From NCBI GenBank assembly GCA_030390025.1, contig CM059432.1:108378001-108442000 (forward strand): a stretch of 64,000 nt of DNA, in the 5' to 3' direction. Below are positions 38,679-52,048 of this stretch, piece by piece. Position 1 is the stretch's first letter; the number at the start of each line of letters is the position of its first letter. Both the position numbers and the translations under genes were made by a program. The notes beneath the pieces were generated by a model, which worked only from the letters and a program-made list of their open reading frames with translations, made no database searches and was not told the origin of the DNA. Source of the DNA: Squalus acanthias. Lineage: Eukaryota.

Positions 38679-41499
38679 GTGCAGAAAAATATTAAACAGG
38701 CAAAGTTGAAGGCACTTTATTTAAATGCACGTAGCATTCGCAACAAGGTGGATGAATTAATGGCACTAATAGAAGTAAATGGGTATGATGTAATTGCCAT
38801 TACAGAGACATGGTTGCAGGGTAACCAAAGCTGGGAACTGAATGTTCAGGGTACTCAACATTTAGGAAGGACAGACAAAAAGGAAAAGGAGGTGGTGTAG
38901 CACTGTTAATAAGGGATGAGATCGGTACGGTAGAGATAAAAGATCTTGGCTCAGCAGATCGTGATGTAGAACTGGAATCAGTTTGGGTGGAGCTAAGAAA
39001 CAGCAAAGGGCAGAAAACATTGGTGGGAGTTGTGTATAGGCCACCAAACAGTAGTGGTAATGTAGGGCACAGTATCAATCAAGAAATTAGAAGTGCATGT
39101 AACAAGGGCAATACGGTAATCATGGGGGACTTTAATCTACATATTGACTGGGCAAATCAAATTACCACTAATGGTGTGGAGGACGAATTCTTGGAATGCA
39201 TGCAAAATGGTTTCCTGCATCAGTATGTGGAGGAACCAACCAGGGAACAGGCTATTCTGGATCTGGTAATGTGTAATGAGAAAGGGCTCATCAATAATCT
39301 TGTAGTAAAGGGGCCTTTAGGGACAAGTGACCATAATATGATTGAATTTTACGTTAAGTTTGAGAGTGATGTAGTCCAATCTGAAACTAAGGTCTTCAAT
39401 CTAAACAGAGGAAACTTCAAGGGTATGAGGGACAAGTTGGCCATGGTAGATTGGGAGACTACACTAAAAGGTATAAAAGGTGGACATACAATGGCTAACA
39501 TTCAAGGAAATGATGCATAATTTGCAACAAACATATTCCTCTAGGGCATAAAAACCCAAAAGGAAAAGTGATCCAACCATGGCTAACAAAAGAAATTAAA
39601 GCTCGTATTAAGTCAAAGGAGGAAGCTTATAAAGTTGCCAGAAAAAGCAGTCAGCCTGAAGATTTGGATTTTTTAGAAATCAGCAAAGGGGGAACCAAGA
39701 AATTGATAAAGAAAGGGAAAGTGGAATATGAGCACAAACTAGCAAAAAATATAAAAACGGATTGTAAAAGCTTCTATAGGTATGGGAAAAAACTGACGAA
39801 GGTCCTTTACAGTCAGACAGGAGAATTTATAATGGGGAATGAGGAAATGGCAGAGAAATTAAATAAATACTTTGTTTCTGTCTTCACGGAGGAAAACACA
39901 AAAAACCTCCCAGAAATACGAGAAAACCAAGGGTGTGGCAAGAATGAGGAACTTAAAGAAATTATTAGTAAAAAAACAGTACTAGCAAAATTAATGGGAC
40001 TAAAAGTCGATAAATCTCAAGGACCGGATGACCTACATCCTAGGGTTTTGAAAGAGGTGGCCATTGGGATAGTGGACGCATTGGTTGTCATCATCCAAAA
40101 TTCTATAGATTCTGGAACGGTTCCTGCAGATTGGAGGATAGCAAATGTAACCCCGCTATTTAAGAAAGGAGGGAGAGAGAAAACGGGGAACTACAGACCT
40201 GTTAGCCTCACATCAGTAGTGGGGAAAATGCTGGAATCTATTATAAAGGATGCAATAACTGGGCACTTGGAAACTAATAGTAAGATTGGGCAGAGTCAAC
40301 ATGGATTTATGAAAGGGAAATCCTGTTTGACAAACCTTTTGGAGTTCTTTGAGGATGTAACTAGTGGAGTAGACAAAAGGGAACCGGTAGATGCGGTCTA
40401 TCTGGACTTTCAGAAGGCCTTCGATAAGGTCCCACACAAGAGGTTGGTGAACAAAGTTAGGGCACATGGAATTGGGGGTAATATACTAGCATGGATTGAG
40501 AATTGGTTAACAACAGACAGAAAACAAAGTAGGGATAAACGGGTCTTTTTCAGGATGGCAGGCTGTGACTAGTGGGGTACCGCAAGGATTGGTGCTTGGG
40601 CCCCAGCTATTCACAATCTATATCAATGATTTGGATGAGGGGACTAAATGTAACATTTCCAAATTTGCTGATGATACAAAGCTAAGTGGCACTGTCAGTT
40701 GTGAAGAGGATGTGAAGAGGCTTCAAGGGGATCTCGACAGTCTCAGTGAGTGGGCGAGAACATGGCAGATGGAATATAATGTGGATAAATGTGAAGTTAT
40801 CCACTTTTTGGTAGAAAAAACAAAGGCAGAGTATTTCCTAAATGGTGAAAGATTGGGGAATGCAGATGCTGAAAGGGACCTGGGTGTCCTTGTACATGAG
40901 TCACTGAGATTGAATGTGCAGGTGCAGCAAGCCATTAGGAAGGCAAATGGTATGCTGGCCTTCATTACAAGAGGATTTGAGTACAGGAGTAAAGAAGTCT
41001 TACTCCAATTATATAGGGCCTTGGTGAGACCACACCTGGAGTACTGTGTACAATTTTGGTCTCCTTACCTAAGGAAGGATATACTTGCCAAAGAGGGAGT
41101 GCAACGAAGATTCGCAAGATTGATTCCTGGGATGGCGGGACTGTTGTATGAGAAGAGATTGAGTAAACTAGGCCTGTATTCTCTTGAATTTAGAAGAATG
41201 AGAGGGGATCTCATTGAAGCATACAAAATTATTACAGGGCTTGATAGGGTGGATGCTGGGAGAATGTTTCCCTTGGCTGAGGAGTCTAGAACCAGGGGCC
41301 ACAGCCTCAAGATAAAGGGTAGGCCATTCAGGACTGAGATGAGAAGAAATTTCTTCAGAGGGTGGTGAATCTTTGGAATTCTCTACCCCAGAGGGCTGTG
41401 GAGGCTCGGTCATTGGGTATATTCAAAACAGAAGTCGATAGATTTCTGACTAGGAAAGGCATCAAGGGATATGGCGATAGGGCCGGTGAATGGAGTTGA
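38679..41499 (+). pseudogene. CR1 ORF2: APE endonuclease + reverse transcriptase
   Basis: LYLNARSIRNK, ITETWL, GDFN, SDHN, NYRPVSLTS, QHGF, LDFQKAFDKV, GVPQG, FADDTKL; several frameshifts. Confidence 0.93.
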
Positions 41500-41585
41500 G
41501 GCAGATCAGCCATGATCTCATTGAAAGGCGGAGCAGGCTCGAAGGGCCGAATGGCCTACTCCTGCTCCTATTTCTTATGTTATGT

Positions 41586-41660
41586 AACATGGGAAAATAC
41601 GAAAAAAGAGCAGAGAAACACGGGAAAACACAGCAAAAGGAGCAGGGAAACACGGGAGAT
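41586..41660. repeat. Right part of the minisatellite split by CR1
   Basis: aaaggagcagggaaacacggg units. Confidence 0.85.
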
Positions 41661-41700
41661 GTAGGAAAAGCTATAGAAAGTAAGCTATTACAGCTCCTAC

Positions 41701-41775
41701 CTTGCCATCTTCTGAACAAATCCCAATATGCTCTCCACTTTCATCCAAGCTAACTTGATTCACCTTCACAGAGCT
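41701..41775 (-). CDS. VPS41: VPS41 coding exon (75 nt; SSVKVNQVSLDESGEHIGICSEDGK)
   Basis: Acceptor ctgtatttcag, donor gtagga. Matches human SPVKINQISLDESGEHMGVCSEDGK. Confidence 0.97.
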
Positions 41776-42064
41776 CTGAAATACAGCAATTAAAGCACAA
41801 CATGTCACTGATCATTGTGCTATGGACACAGATGTAGTCGTCTCATTAGGCAACTGCTCTGGGTACTCATAATAAAGAAAGATGCAGGAGAGAAATATGA
41901 CAACAAGCCAAGAGTATTTTTCAAATGTTAATAAAAATAAAACATTTGTATTTTGAAGTCCGAGTTAACAGTACTCAAAATCAGACAAAAATAATGCTAA
42001 ACATTCTAGCAGAATCTCACTTGACAGTTAATCATCATCTATGTGCTTAAGTAATGCTGGCAAA

Positions 42065-42403
42065 CTTCAAATCTCACCATAGCAGTTTGAGAATTTGAAT
42101 TCGGTTTAATATTTTTAAATCTAGAAATAGAAAGCTGGTACCAGTAGATTGACCGTGAAGCTGTTGGATTGTCGTTAAAAACTCAACTGGTTCATTAATG
42201 TCCTTCAGGGAAGGAAGCCTGTGGTCCTTACCCGGTCTGGCCGATATGTGACTCCAGTCCCAAACCAATGTCGTTGACTTTTAACTGCCCTTTGAAGTGG
42301 CCTAGCAAGCCACTCAGTTGCATCAAACCACTGGGCAACTAGGAATGGGCAATAAATACCAGCCTTGCCAGTGATGCTCACAGGCCGAAAATGAATTAAA
42401 AAA
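42065..42403 (+). mobile_element. SINE homologous to 25434-25760
   Basis: Shared ccttcagggaagg...ctggcc...tccagtccca and tail. Confidence 0.7.
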
Positions 42404-43799
42404 CCAAAGTTTTCCAGATAAGGTAGGTAACACTATTCCAATTAGTACATCGTACAATAAATGTCTGCTCATTTTGCAAACAATGGAATAAACTGGTCAC
42501 CTTTTGGCATTGAATATGGACTTTATTCCCAGTAGAAGGCGCTCAAGATCATGGCCTAGAAATATTTTTCCATGTGATTATCCCATTAGCACAAGTTAGT
42601 GGTTAGTGGTAGGGCTCCCCGAAAAAGGTCAGTGGGCTAATGCACTGTGTGATATGGTACTGAACTACTTGGATCAGCAAAGTTTGGTCTGTACTAACTT
42701 AGCAGACTGTAGCCGCATAGCGTGGGAAAGAGGAATTTTTTTTTTTTTTTTTTTTACACAGGGTTACAAGACTGTGGAATGCACTTAGTAATTGAAGAGA
42801 CCATGTCAACATTTAAGAATAGGTTAGATTAGTGTTTGAAGGAAATGTGATAAGTATATGGAAACAGAGCAGGAACATGAGATAGGGCTAAAGCTCATGT
42901 AGAAGATAAACGCCAACATGAACTGTTTGGCATGTGACAGCACCATATAACAGTCTTCCACACACTCGGCCTAGGGATGGGGAAAATTTAAAATTGCCAG
43001 GGTTCCCACACCTCATCAGTATCTAAAGACTCCCGTTTATAAAGTGAGTTGAATGGATAGGGGTGAAGAGAGGGAGCTTTCCTCTGTGCGCTGTTTGCAG
43101 CAAAATAGTCGAAACATGTTTGGGGTAGAGTTTCTGCATTGGGCACAATTGGCGATCCAGGCGCAAATTGTGCAATAAATTGCACCTGTTCTGAGAGTTT
43201 CTGCTCAAACTCATTTGCATATTGCCAAACACAAAATCTGCCATGAACTAGTGCAATTGGGCAACGTTTTAATACGTAGTTTCTTAAAGAAATTTGCTTT
43301 AAAAAATATTCCTTCATATACTTAAGAGTGATAACTTGGTGCAGTTTGATTAATACAGCTGAAAATGGATTTAATCACAAAAAAATAAGCATTTTTATTG
43401 ACAATGTCAAGCCACCACCTGTGAGTAACCCGATTTTAAATTATTGAAAATTACAGGACCATTTGCTAGTTATATTGGGGTACAGTAGTCAATTTCTTAG
43501 TAGCTTAAAATAACATTACATTTTAAAACTTTCCTATTCGTGTCCTTGCATCCAAAAGAAACTGCTCAATTTTTAGAGCCTCCTCGAAGGCCTGCAAACG
43601 AGCGCAATTAGCGGAAACTCCCAATGGGGATTAATTCATCTTGGGGGCATGGCCAGTTGTGGGTGGGGCCGGCAGCTCACACGATATTTTTAAATTAGTG
43701 CAAAAGATCGCAGAAACTCTATCTGCGCTGAATGTAATTTGCGCTTAAAATATCACGATCCTTTTGCGGGGGTTACGCTGATTTCCGGCAAATTGCAAA

Positions 43800-45252
43800 A
43801 TGGCCAACCCCTTATTCTGAGACTGACTCCTAGTTCTAGACTCTCCAGCCAGGGGAAACATCCTTCCAGCATCTAACCAGTTAAGCCCCTTCAGAATTTT
43901 ATACGTTTCAATGAGATCACCTCTCATTCTTCTAAACTCTAGGGAATATAGGCCTAGTCTACTCAATCTCTCTGTATAGGACAATCCACCCATCCCAGGA
44001 ATCAGTCGAGTGATCCTTGGTTGCACTCCCTCTAAGGCAAGTATATTCTTTCTTAGGTAAGGAGACAAAGACTGCACACAGTACTCCAGGTGTGGTTTAC
44101 CCAATGCCCTATATAATTGTAGTAAGACTTCTTTACTCTTATACACCAATCCTTTTGTAATAAAGGCCAACATACCATTTGCTTTCCTTCTTCTTAGGCA
44201 GTCCCTCGGCACCGAAGATGACTTGCTTCCACACTAAAAATGAGTTCTCAGGTGACTGAGGAGTCCAATGCGGGACCTACAGTTTCTGTCACAGGTGGGG
44301 CAGACGGTGGTTGAAGGGGCGGGTGGGTGGGGTGCTTGGGTTGACGTGCGCTCCTTCCGCTGTTTGCGCTTGGCTTCCGCTTGCTCCCAGCGAAGAGACT
44401 CGAGGTATTCGGCGCCTTCCCGGATGCTTCTCCTCCACTTTGTGCGGTCTTGGGCCAGGGATTCCCAGGTGTCGGTGGGGATGTTACACTTTTTCAAGGA
44501 GGCTTTGAGGGTGTCCTTGAAGCGTTTCCTCTGCCCACCTGGGGCTCTCGACGCGTCGGTACTCCGAGTAGAGCACTTGTTTTGGGAGTCTAGTATCGGG
44601 CATGCGGACAATGTGACCTGTCCATCAGAGCTGATCGAGCGTGGTCAAAGCTTCGATGCTGGGGATGTTGGCCTGAGTGAGAACACCGACATTGGTGCAC
44701 CTATCCTGCCAATGGATTTGCAGGATCTTGCAGAGGCAGCGTTGGTAGTACCTCTCCAGTGCTTTGAGGTGCCTGCTGTACATGGTCCATGTCTCTGAAG
44801 CATACAGGAGGGCAGGGTATCACTACTGCTCTGTAGACCATGAGCTTGGTTTCGGGTTTGAGGTCCTGGTCTTCAAACACACTCTTCCTCAGGCGACTGC
44901 CAGTGCAGCCTTCGGTCACCTGAGGAAGAGTGTGTTTGCTTTCCTAATTGCTTGCTGTACCTGCAGGTTAACTTTGTGATTTGTGTACAAGGACACCCAG
45001 ATCCCTCTGAATACCAACATTTCTCAATCCCTCACCATTTAAAAAATACTCTGCTTTTCTATTTTTCCTACTAAAGTGGCTAACTTCACATTTCTCCACA
45101 TTATTTGCCATCTGCCATGTTCTTTCCCACTCACTTAACCTGTCTATATCCCTTTGCAGCCTCTTTGTGTCCTCCTCACAGCTTACTTTCCCACCTAGCT
45201 TTGTATCATCAGCAAACTTGAATACATTGCACTTGGTCCACTCATCTAAGTC
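43800..45252 (-). mobile_element. CR1 RT fragment hosting an RTE insertion
   Basis: [11 protein letters not shown] (44968-45250) and PHLEYCVQ...RRMRGDLIETYK (43800-44188). Confidence 0.9.
44189..44934 (-). mobile_element. RTE-clade LINE 3' fragment with 11-bp TSD
   Basis: W-GHIVRMPDTRLPKQVLYSE, GGQRKRFKDTLK, C2H2-like CPTCDRNCRSRIGLLSHLRTH, (gaa)n tail. TSD tttgctttcct at 44178-44188 and 44935-44945. Confidence 0.9.
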
Positions 45253-48200
45253 AGGAATGACCAAATGGTACAAGATTATTAAATTTGCACCGCCAGAAAC
45301 CAGGACTTGATTTAGTAAACAATTTTTTTTCCCCCCAGAAGTAATTCTTACAAAGAGTAATTGACCCATTACAATCTTTATTTAATTTATATCAGATAGA
45401 CTATACTTCAAGTATTTACTAAATTTTTGTACTATTAAATTGTGAAAAAAAATATTAGTTGCCTTAGTCTGTAAAAACTCAGTTTAATATCCGTCAATTC
45501 AAGGAGTGCTTGGTGGTATAGCATGGGTTTAAAACTAATCAGATTATTGCAAATGGGACTAATTGTTAATCCTCATGGGGTGCAGCTTTGTAAAGGGCAG
45601 ATTATAGAAAAGGTACAGCTTCTGAATCATACGTACAAGGTTCCTTTGTAGAACCCACTCTTTCCCCTTAGGTGTGACCACTGCCTCATAGGAACCAAAA
45701 TCATAACGAGCAGGAAAGGCCTGTGGTCTGGTTACTGACCGGCCCTCTCAGCCAGGATTTAACACTCTGAAATTGCAAATGCTACGCTGTTTTGTTTTTG
45801 AAGTTCAAGCCTTCCTACCCTCACCATATTAAATCCTTTCAAGGCAGTCCACTTTGCATTACTTCTAGATTTTTCCAGGCACTTGTCAAGTCTTTACATA
45901 GATGGCTTCGTTATTTACTGCCAATGAATCCCAAGACAACGAATCAAAGAGTACACCTCGGTGATCAGCCACGCGTACACTTCCAGCACCAGTGCAGCCA
46001 TCTCTCTCCACAGTCCTCGCTTTCTCCAGTCTCGCTTCCCTCACTCCTGGACTGCTGTGTCTCAGTACCCCTCCCAAACCAAAATGTTCAGCTCCGCCCC
46101 ATTGTCCATCCTTTAAACCACATTGTTTAGCCCCATCCCGTCCATCCCATAATTAATCTTACTGTTCATTCCCATAAACCACACTGCTCAGCACTGACTT
46201 CATCACCTGTCCCATAAATGGCACTGCTCAACACCCATCACGCATCCTCCATTCAGTTCATTTATTGTAATTTTAAGAAATCAGAAAACGAGGGTATTCC
46301 AACAGACAGCAGGGACGAGGTTTAGTTCTTATTTATAGATGTTTTGCCAGATGGTACTTGAACTCAACATGAATGTTAATCATATTTGACATGAATAGTA
46401 TACTGTTACCATACATCACTGGCAAGATATTAGGAACGCTGCCAATTCAATTTCTGAGTACGCATCATGAGGTGCACTGGTCTGTCAATGAAGTTGTTCA
46501 TGTTGGTTTAGCTCTCAGTATTAACAATATCCTGATTGACAATTAAGGAATGTCTAAAATAAATAAAGACAGTACTACTAGTGTATTCACCATCGGAATC
46601 TCATGAACTTCCTCCCCCAGTGAGTTTGATTTGCTCCTTTGACAAATAAATTCATTCCAACAAAAAGGTTTAAATCTCAGAAAAAGGTCATTAAATACAG
46701 CCAACTTGTGGCTCATCGCACAAGCAAGATTTCCACAGCGTCGGGTTTTTTGAATTCAACGTGCAAACCAAACTGTTCATAGTGCATGAAGACTCTCAAA
46801 CTGCCAGCAGTGTGTGCTGGACATTTGAAGCATTGTTGGGGTGGCAGAAGGCCACAGTTACAAATGGATTGCTAGCTGCAGAGAAATATTACAATATGCA
46901 TCACTCCTAATTACACGCAGCTAGAAATTAATATATTTCATAGGTAAAAGTAACCCATTGGCCTCATCTGAGTATGTTGGCTCATTTAAGTATAGCAGCT
47001 GCAATTAAATTACTGAGGGAAATGGTTACATATCAAGTGAAGCCACTTCGCACAAGCACTGAACTCGTTTCTTTGTTTAAGCTCAAGTCTCTCAACATTT
47101 TGGACGAGACAATCCACTCAATGTTGTGACTAAAATGTCAAACTCTTAGTTCCAAACTATAGCTCTGCCATGAGATATGCTACAGGTGTCACACGATGAC
47201 TTCAATTCTGGATCCCAATTGAAATCTTCTCTACTTCTTTTGTTAAATTCTTTTCCAACTCTGCCCTCAAAATTTGCTTGGATTTTCTGAAAGGATTCCT
47301 ATAAACATTAAAAATCTGTGGGGTTTTTTGCCCCCAAAACATTTTAATTGTATTTTTGTGGCAATTTCATGCATCTTCTATGCTCTTAGGATCCAACACT
47401 AATGTGAAACGTGTAATGGAATTTCAAATCAAATGAGAATGTCAAACAATGTAAATTAGCGCCGAGTTAATCGGCTAATTAGAGTCCCTCCTCCCTGCAT
47501 CTTTTGCTCAAAATGGAATTCTAATCCAAGTACAAGGTGCAGACACCAGAAGCTTGAAGAGAGGAAGGAAAGAGAACTTAGATTTTTAGCATTCTTTATC
47601 CTCCAATTTCTATTAACTCACGTATTCCATCAGGCTCCTGACAGGCGTGAGCTGAAAAAACTGCAAGACCAGATTGTTACTACTTAAAGCTATGTACAGA
47701 AAGGGGTGCGAGAGGGTAGAGCATGCTGCAGTTCTCACACGGTTGTAGGACACAGATGTATATGCACAACACTCCAGTGAGACCCTGATCTTTGTTGGGC
47801 AGCCGTAAAGAGGTTTAGAGTGGGCACTAGGTACCTCCCCAGAGGGCGAGTGGCCTGCTCATGCACATTTCCTAACAGTCAGGTGATACTGGCAGGGTTC
47901 GTGGAGTGGGTCATCTGTCTACCGCCACACAGAGGAAAATAGGAGAACTTACTATTTAAAAGATATCCCACCTGCTGCCTTTCCTGAGCCCACCATCTTT
48001 GGACTGAGTAAGAAAAGGGTGCACATTACCACCTCCTGCCTCATTTCAATGGTAGCATAAGGTACCATCTGTGTCTGCATTTTACAATGGCCTCCACGCT
48101 CAACCAATCAAACCACTATGCTAAAAAAAAAGAAAATGCAAGCCCACTTTGGCTAAAGCTTTGCAGGACAGCTACTCATTGTTCTTATCATGCACATTTT

Positions 48201-48872
48201 ACACAGCTGTGACTTGTATTATTTAGTTACAATTTTAAATTAGTGTTTCTCATCCAGGAGTAAGCTTTTGAAACTGCGCCAAGTGTTTTAAAAAAATTAT
48301 TTTAATTTTTTTTTAGATTGAACATCTACAAGAAACATTTATCAATATGAGAAATGGCTGGCATTCAGCATGATATATGTAGAACAGCAACATCAGAAAA
48401 CATCGTCTGAACACTCCAATAAATTCCCACATTATCCCTGCACCTCCCTACCAATTGGGCAGAGGGAAACCAAACAGTAAAACAAAAAACCTCCTTATTT
48501 TTACTTTATTTCTCTCACGTTTATTATGCAGGACCTCTTGCCCCTCCTCTTCTTACTCCCTTAAAACTTGCCCATTCCTTTGTCCTTTCTATATATTTGC
48601 ATTATCTGACTGATCTTTTATATCACTCATTTTCTGTTAATCAGTTTGCAGGTCATTTAACACATTAACGCCATCTCTGTGATTGATGCATCTGTTGGTT
48701 CTTGCACTGCTCCCCCCCGCCCCCCCGCCACCCAAACCCCTCCCCCCGTGCACTCTATTTTTCCAACTTCACTGAAATACCTGTTTATTTCATAGCTGTT
48801 AGTCTGATGAAGGGTAGAGATCTGAAACATTTCCCTACATTACAACAGTGACTATATTTGAAAAGTACTTCA

Positions 48873-49345
48873 TAAGAACATATACATAAGAACATAAGAC
48901 GTAGGGAGCAGGAGTAGGCCAGTCGGCCTCTCGAGCCTGCTCCGCCATTCAATAAGATCATGGCTGATCTGATCCTGGCCTCAACTCCACTTCCATGCCC
49001 GCTCCCCATAACCCTTGACTCCCTTACCTTTCAAAAATCTGTCTATCTCCACCTTAAATATATTAAATGACCCAGCCTCCACAGCTCTCTGGGGAAGAGA
49101 ATTCCAAAGATTCACGACCCTCAGAGAAGAAATTCCTCCTCATTTCCAATTTAAAAGGGTGCCCCCTTATTCTGAAATTATGCCCCCTAGTTCTAGATTC
49201 CCCCACGAGAGGAAACATCCTCTCTGCATCTACCCTGTCAAGCCCTTTCAGAATCTTATGTTTCAATAAGATCCCCTCTCATTCTTCTAAACTCCAATGA
49301 GTATAGGCCCAACCTGCTCAACCTTTCTTCATAAGACAACCCCTT
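48873..49345 (-). mobile_element. CR1 3' fragment nested in a Deu-SINE tail
   Basis: KILKGLDRVDAERMFPL...RRNFF. The SINE sequence aaagtacttcat|tggct is split around it. Confidence 0.85.
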
Positions 49346-49613
49346 CATTGGCTTTGGGACGTCCTGAGCTCATGAAAGGCACTATATAAATGCATGTTCT
49401 TTGTTTCTTTCAATAAAGCATTGCAGACATCTGGACACTAGGTGGCACTATTGCACCTCCGAGTGGATGTCCTATATCTGCTGTCTCTTCACGCAAGGCT
49501 GGACCCCAAAACTGTAAGCAACTCAGCTGAAAATATCTTTTGGGCCATCTTGTCTCCTCTCACTACTCCCTGTAAAGCCCCGACAAAACCATGCGGCTTT
49601 GCCACACTAAAAA

Positions 49614-52048
49614 ATGGGCTAACCAAATTAGTAACAATACTGTGGAGGAGGAATTCCTGGAGTGTATACGGGATGGTTTCCTGGACCAATATGTCGAGGA
49701 ACCAACTAGAGATCAGGCCATCTTAGACTGGGTATTATGTAATGAGAAAGGAATAATTAGCAATCTTGTTGTGCGAGGCCCCTTGGGGCGGAGCGATCAT
49801 AATATGATCAAATTCTTCATTAAGATGGAGAGTGAAGTATTTGACTCAGAGACTAGGGTCCTGAATTTAAATAAAAAAACTACGATGGTATGAGGCGTGA
49901 ATTGGGTAGGATTGGTTGGGGAATGTTACTCAAAGGGTTGATGGTGGATAGGCAATGGCAAACATTTAAAGATCGCATAGATGAACTACAGAATTTGTTC
50001 ATCCCAGTTTGGCATAAAAATAAAAGAAAAAATGTGAATCAACCGTGGCTAACAAGGGAAATTAGGGATAGCATAAGATCCAAGGAGAGGACATATAAAT
50101 TGGCCAAAAAAAGCAGCAAACCTGAGGATTGGGAGCAGTTTAGGATTCAGCAAAGGAGGACAAAGGGATTAATTAAGAGGGGGAAAATAGAGTATGAGAG
50201 TAAGCTCGCAGAGAACATAAAAACTGACTGGAAAAGCTTCTATAGATATGTGAAGAGAAAAAGATTGGTGAAGTCAAGCGTAGGTCCCTTGCAGTCAGAA
50301 TCAGGGGAATTTATAATTGGGAACAAAGAAATGGCAGACCAATTAAATACATACTTTGGTTCTGTCTTCACAAAGGAGGACACAAATAACCTCCCAGAGA
50401 TGTCAGGGAACATAGGGTCTAATGAGAGGGAGGAACTGAAAGAAATCAGTATTTGTAGGGAAATGGTGTTGGGGAAATTGACGGGATTGAAGGCCGATAA
50501 ATCCCCAGGGCCTGATAATCTACATCCTAGGGTACTTAAGGAAGTGGCCCTAGAAATAGTAGATGCATTACTGGTCATCTTCCAAAATTCTAGAGACTCT
50601 GGAACAGTTCCCACGGATTGGAGGGTAGCTAATGTTACCCCACTATTCAAAAAGGTGGTAGAGAGAAAACGGGGAATTATAAGCCTGACATCGGCAATGG
50701 GGAAAATGCTAGAGTCCATTATAAAAGATGTAATAGCAGAGCACTTGGAAAACAGTGACAGGATCGGTCAAAGTCAACATGGATTTACAAAAGGTAAATC
50801 GTGCTCGACTAATCTACTGGAATTTTTTGAGTATGTAACTGGTAAAATAGATAAGGGAGAACCAGTGGATGTGGTGTATTTGGACTTTCAGAAGGCTTTC
50901 GATAAGGTCCCGCATAAGAGATTAGCGTATAAAGTTAAGGCACATGGGATTGGGGGCAGGGTACTGACTTGGATAGAGAACTGGTTGGCAGACAGGAAGC
51001 AAAGAGTTGGAATAAACGGGTCTTTTTCCGAGTGGCAGGCAGTGACTAGTGGGGTACCGCAGGGATCGGTCCTAGGACCCCAGCTACTCACAATATATAT
51101 TAATGATCTAGGCGAGGGATCTAGATGTAATATCTCCAAGTTTGCAGACAACACAAAACTAGGTTGGCGTGTGTGCTGTGAGGAGGATACCGAGAAACTC
51201 CAGTATGATTTGGACAGGTTGGGTGATTGTACTGCATTTGCCATGCATCTGCCCAATGTGGATAAATGCGAGGTCATCCACTTTGGTGTCAAAAAAAGGA
51301 AGGCAGATTATTATCTGAACGGCAATAGATTGGGAGAAGGGGAAGTGCAACGAGACCTGGGTGTCCTTGTGCACCAGTCGCTGAAGGTAAGCATGCAGGT
51401 GCAGCAGGCGGTTAAGAAGGCAAATGGTATGTTGGTCTTTGTAGCGAGAGGGTTCGAGTACAGGAACAAGGATGTCTTGCTGCAGTTGTACAGAGCCTTG
51501 GTGAGACCACACCTTGAGTATTGTGTGCAGTTTTGGTCGCCTTATCTGAGGAAGGATGTTCTTGCCATGGAGGGAGTGCAGCGAAGATTCACCAGACTGA
51601 TACCTGGGATGGCAGGAATGACGTATGAGGAGAGATTGGGTCGATTGGGCTTATACTCGCTGGAGTTTAGAAGAATGAGAGGGGATCTCATTGAAACTTA
51701 TAAAATTCTAACAGGACTAGACAGACTGGATGCAGGAAGGATGTTCCCGATGGCAGGGGAGTCCAGAACCAGGGATCACAGTCTAAGGATAAGGGGTAAG
51801 CCATTTAGGACAGAGATGAGGAGGAATTTCTTCACCCAAAGAGTGGTGAACCTGTGGAATTCTCTACCGCAGAAGGTAGTTGAGGCCAACTCATTAAATA
51901 TATTCAAGAAGGAGTTAGATATATTTAAGGCTAAAGGGATCAAGGGATATGGGGAGAAGGCAGGGACAGGGTACTGAATTTGGATGATCAGCCATGATCT
52001 CATTGAATGGCGGAGCAGGCTCGAGGGGCCGAATGGCCTACTCCTGCT
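49614..52048 (+). mobile_element. CR1 LINE, 5'-truncated, with a 695-aa open RT ORF (49890-51977)
   Basis: Complete RT motif set, but catalytic FADD reads FADN; small deletion near the NYRP motif; tail tcttctatgtttctat. Confidence 0.94.

Larger units (their letters stand above)
37128..41585 (+). mobile_element. Full-length CR1/HER1 LINE (5'UTR, ORF1, ORF2, tail), inactivated
   Basis: Both ends are defined by the interrupted minisatellite unit ggagcaggga|aacatggg. ORF1 and ORF2 motifs are all present. Confidence 0.93.

Noticed and set aside
43101..45367. A MITE enclosing the CR1/RTE nest as a three-level insertion
   Set aside because: The putative termini do not form a convincing TIR pair or TSD.
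49890..51977. 695-aa ORF as a functional or domesticated RT gene
   Set aside because: 5'-truncated CR1 with FADN at the catalytic motif, an internal deletion and a micro-inversion.
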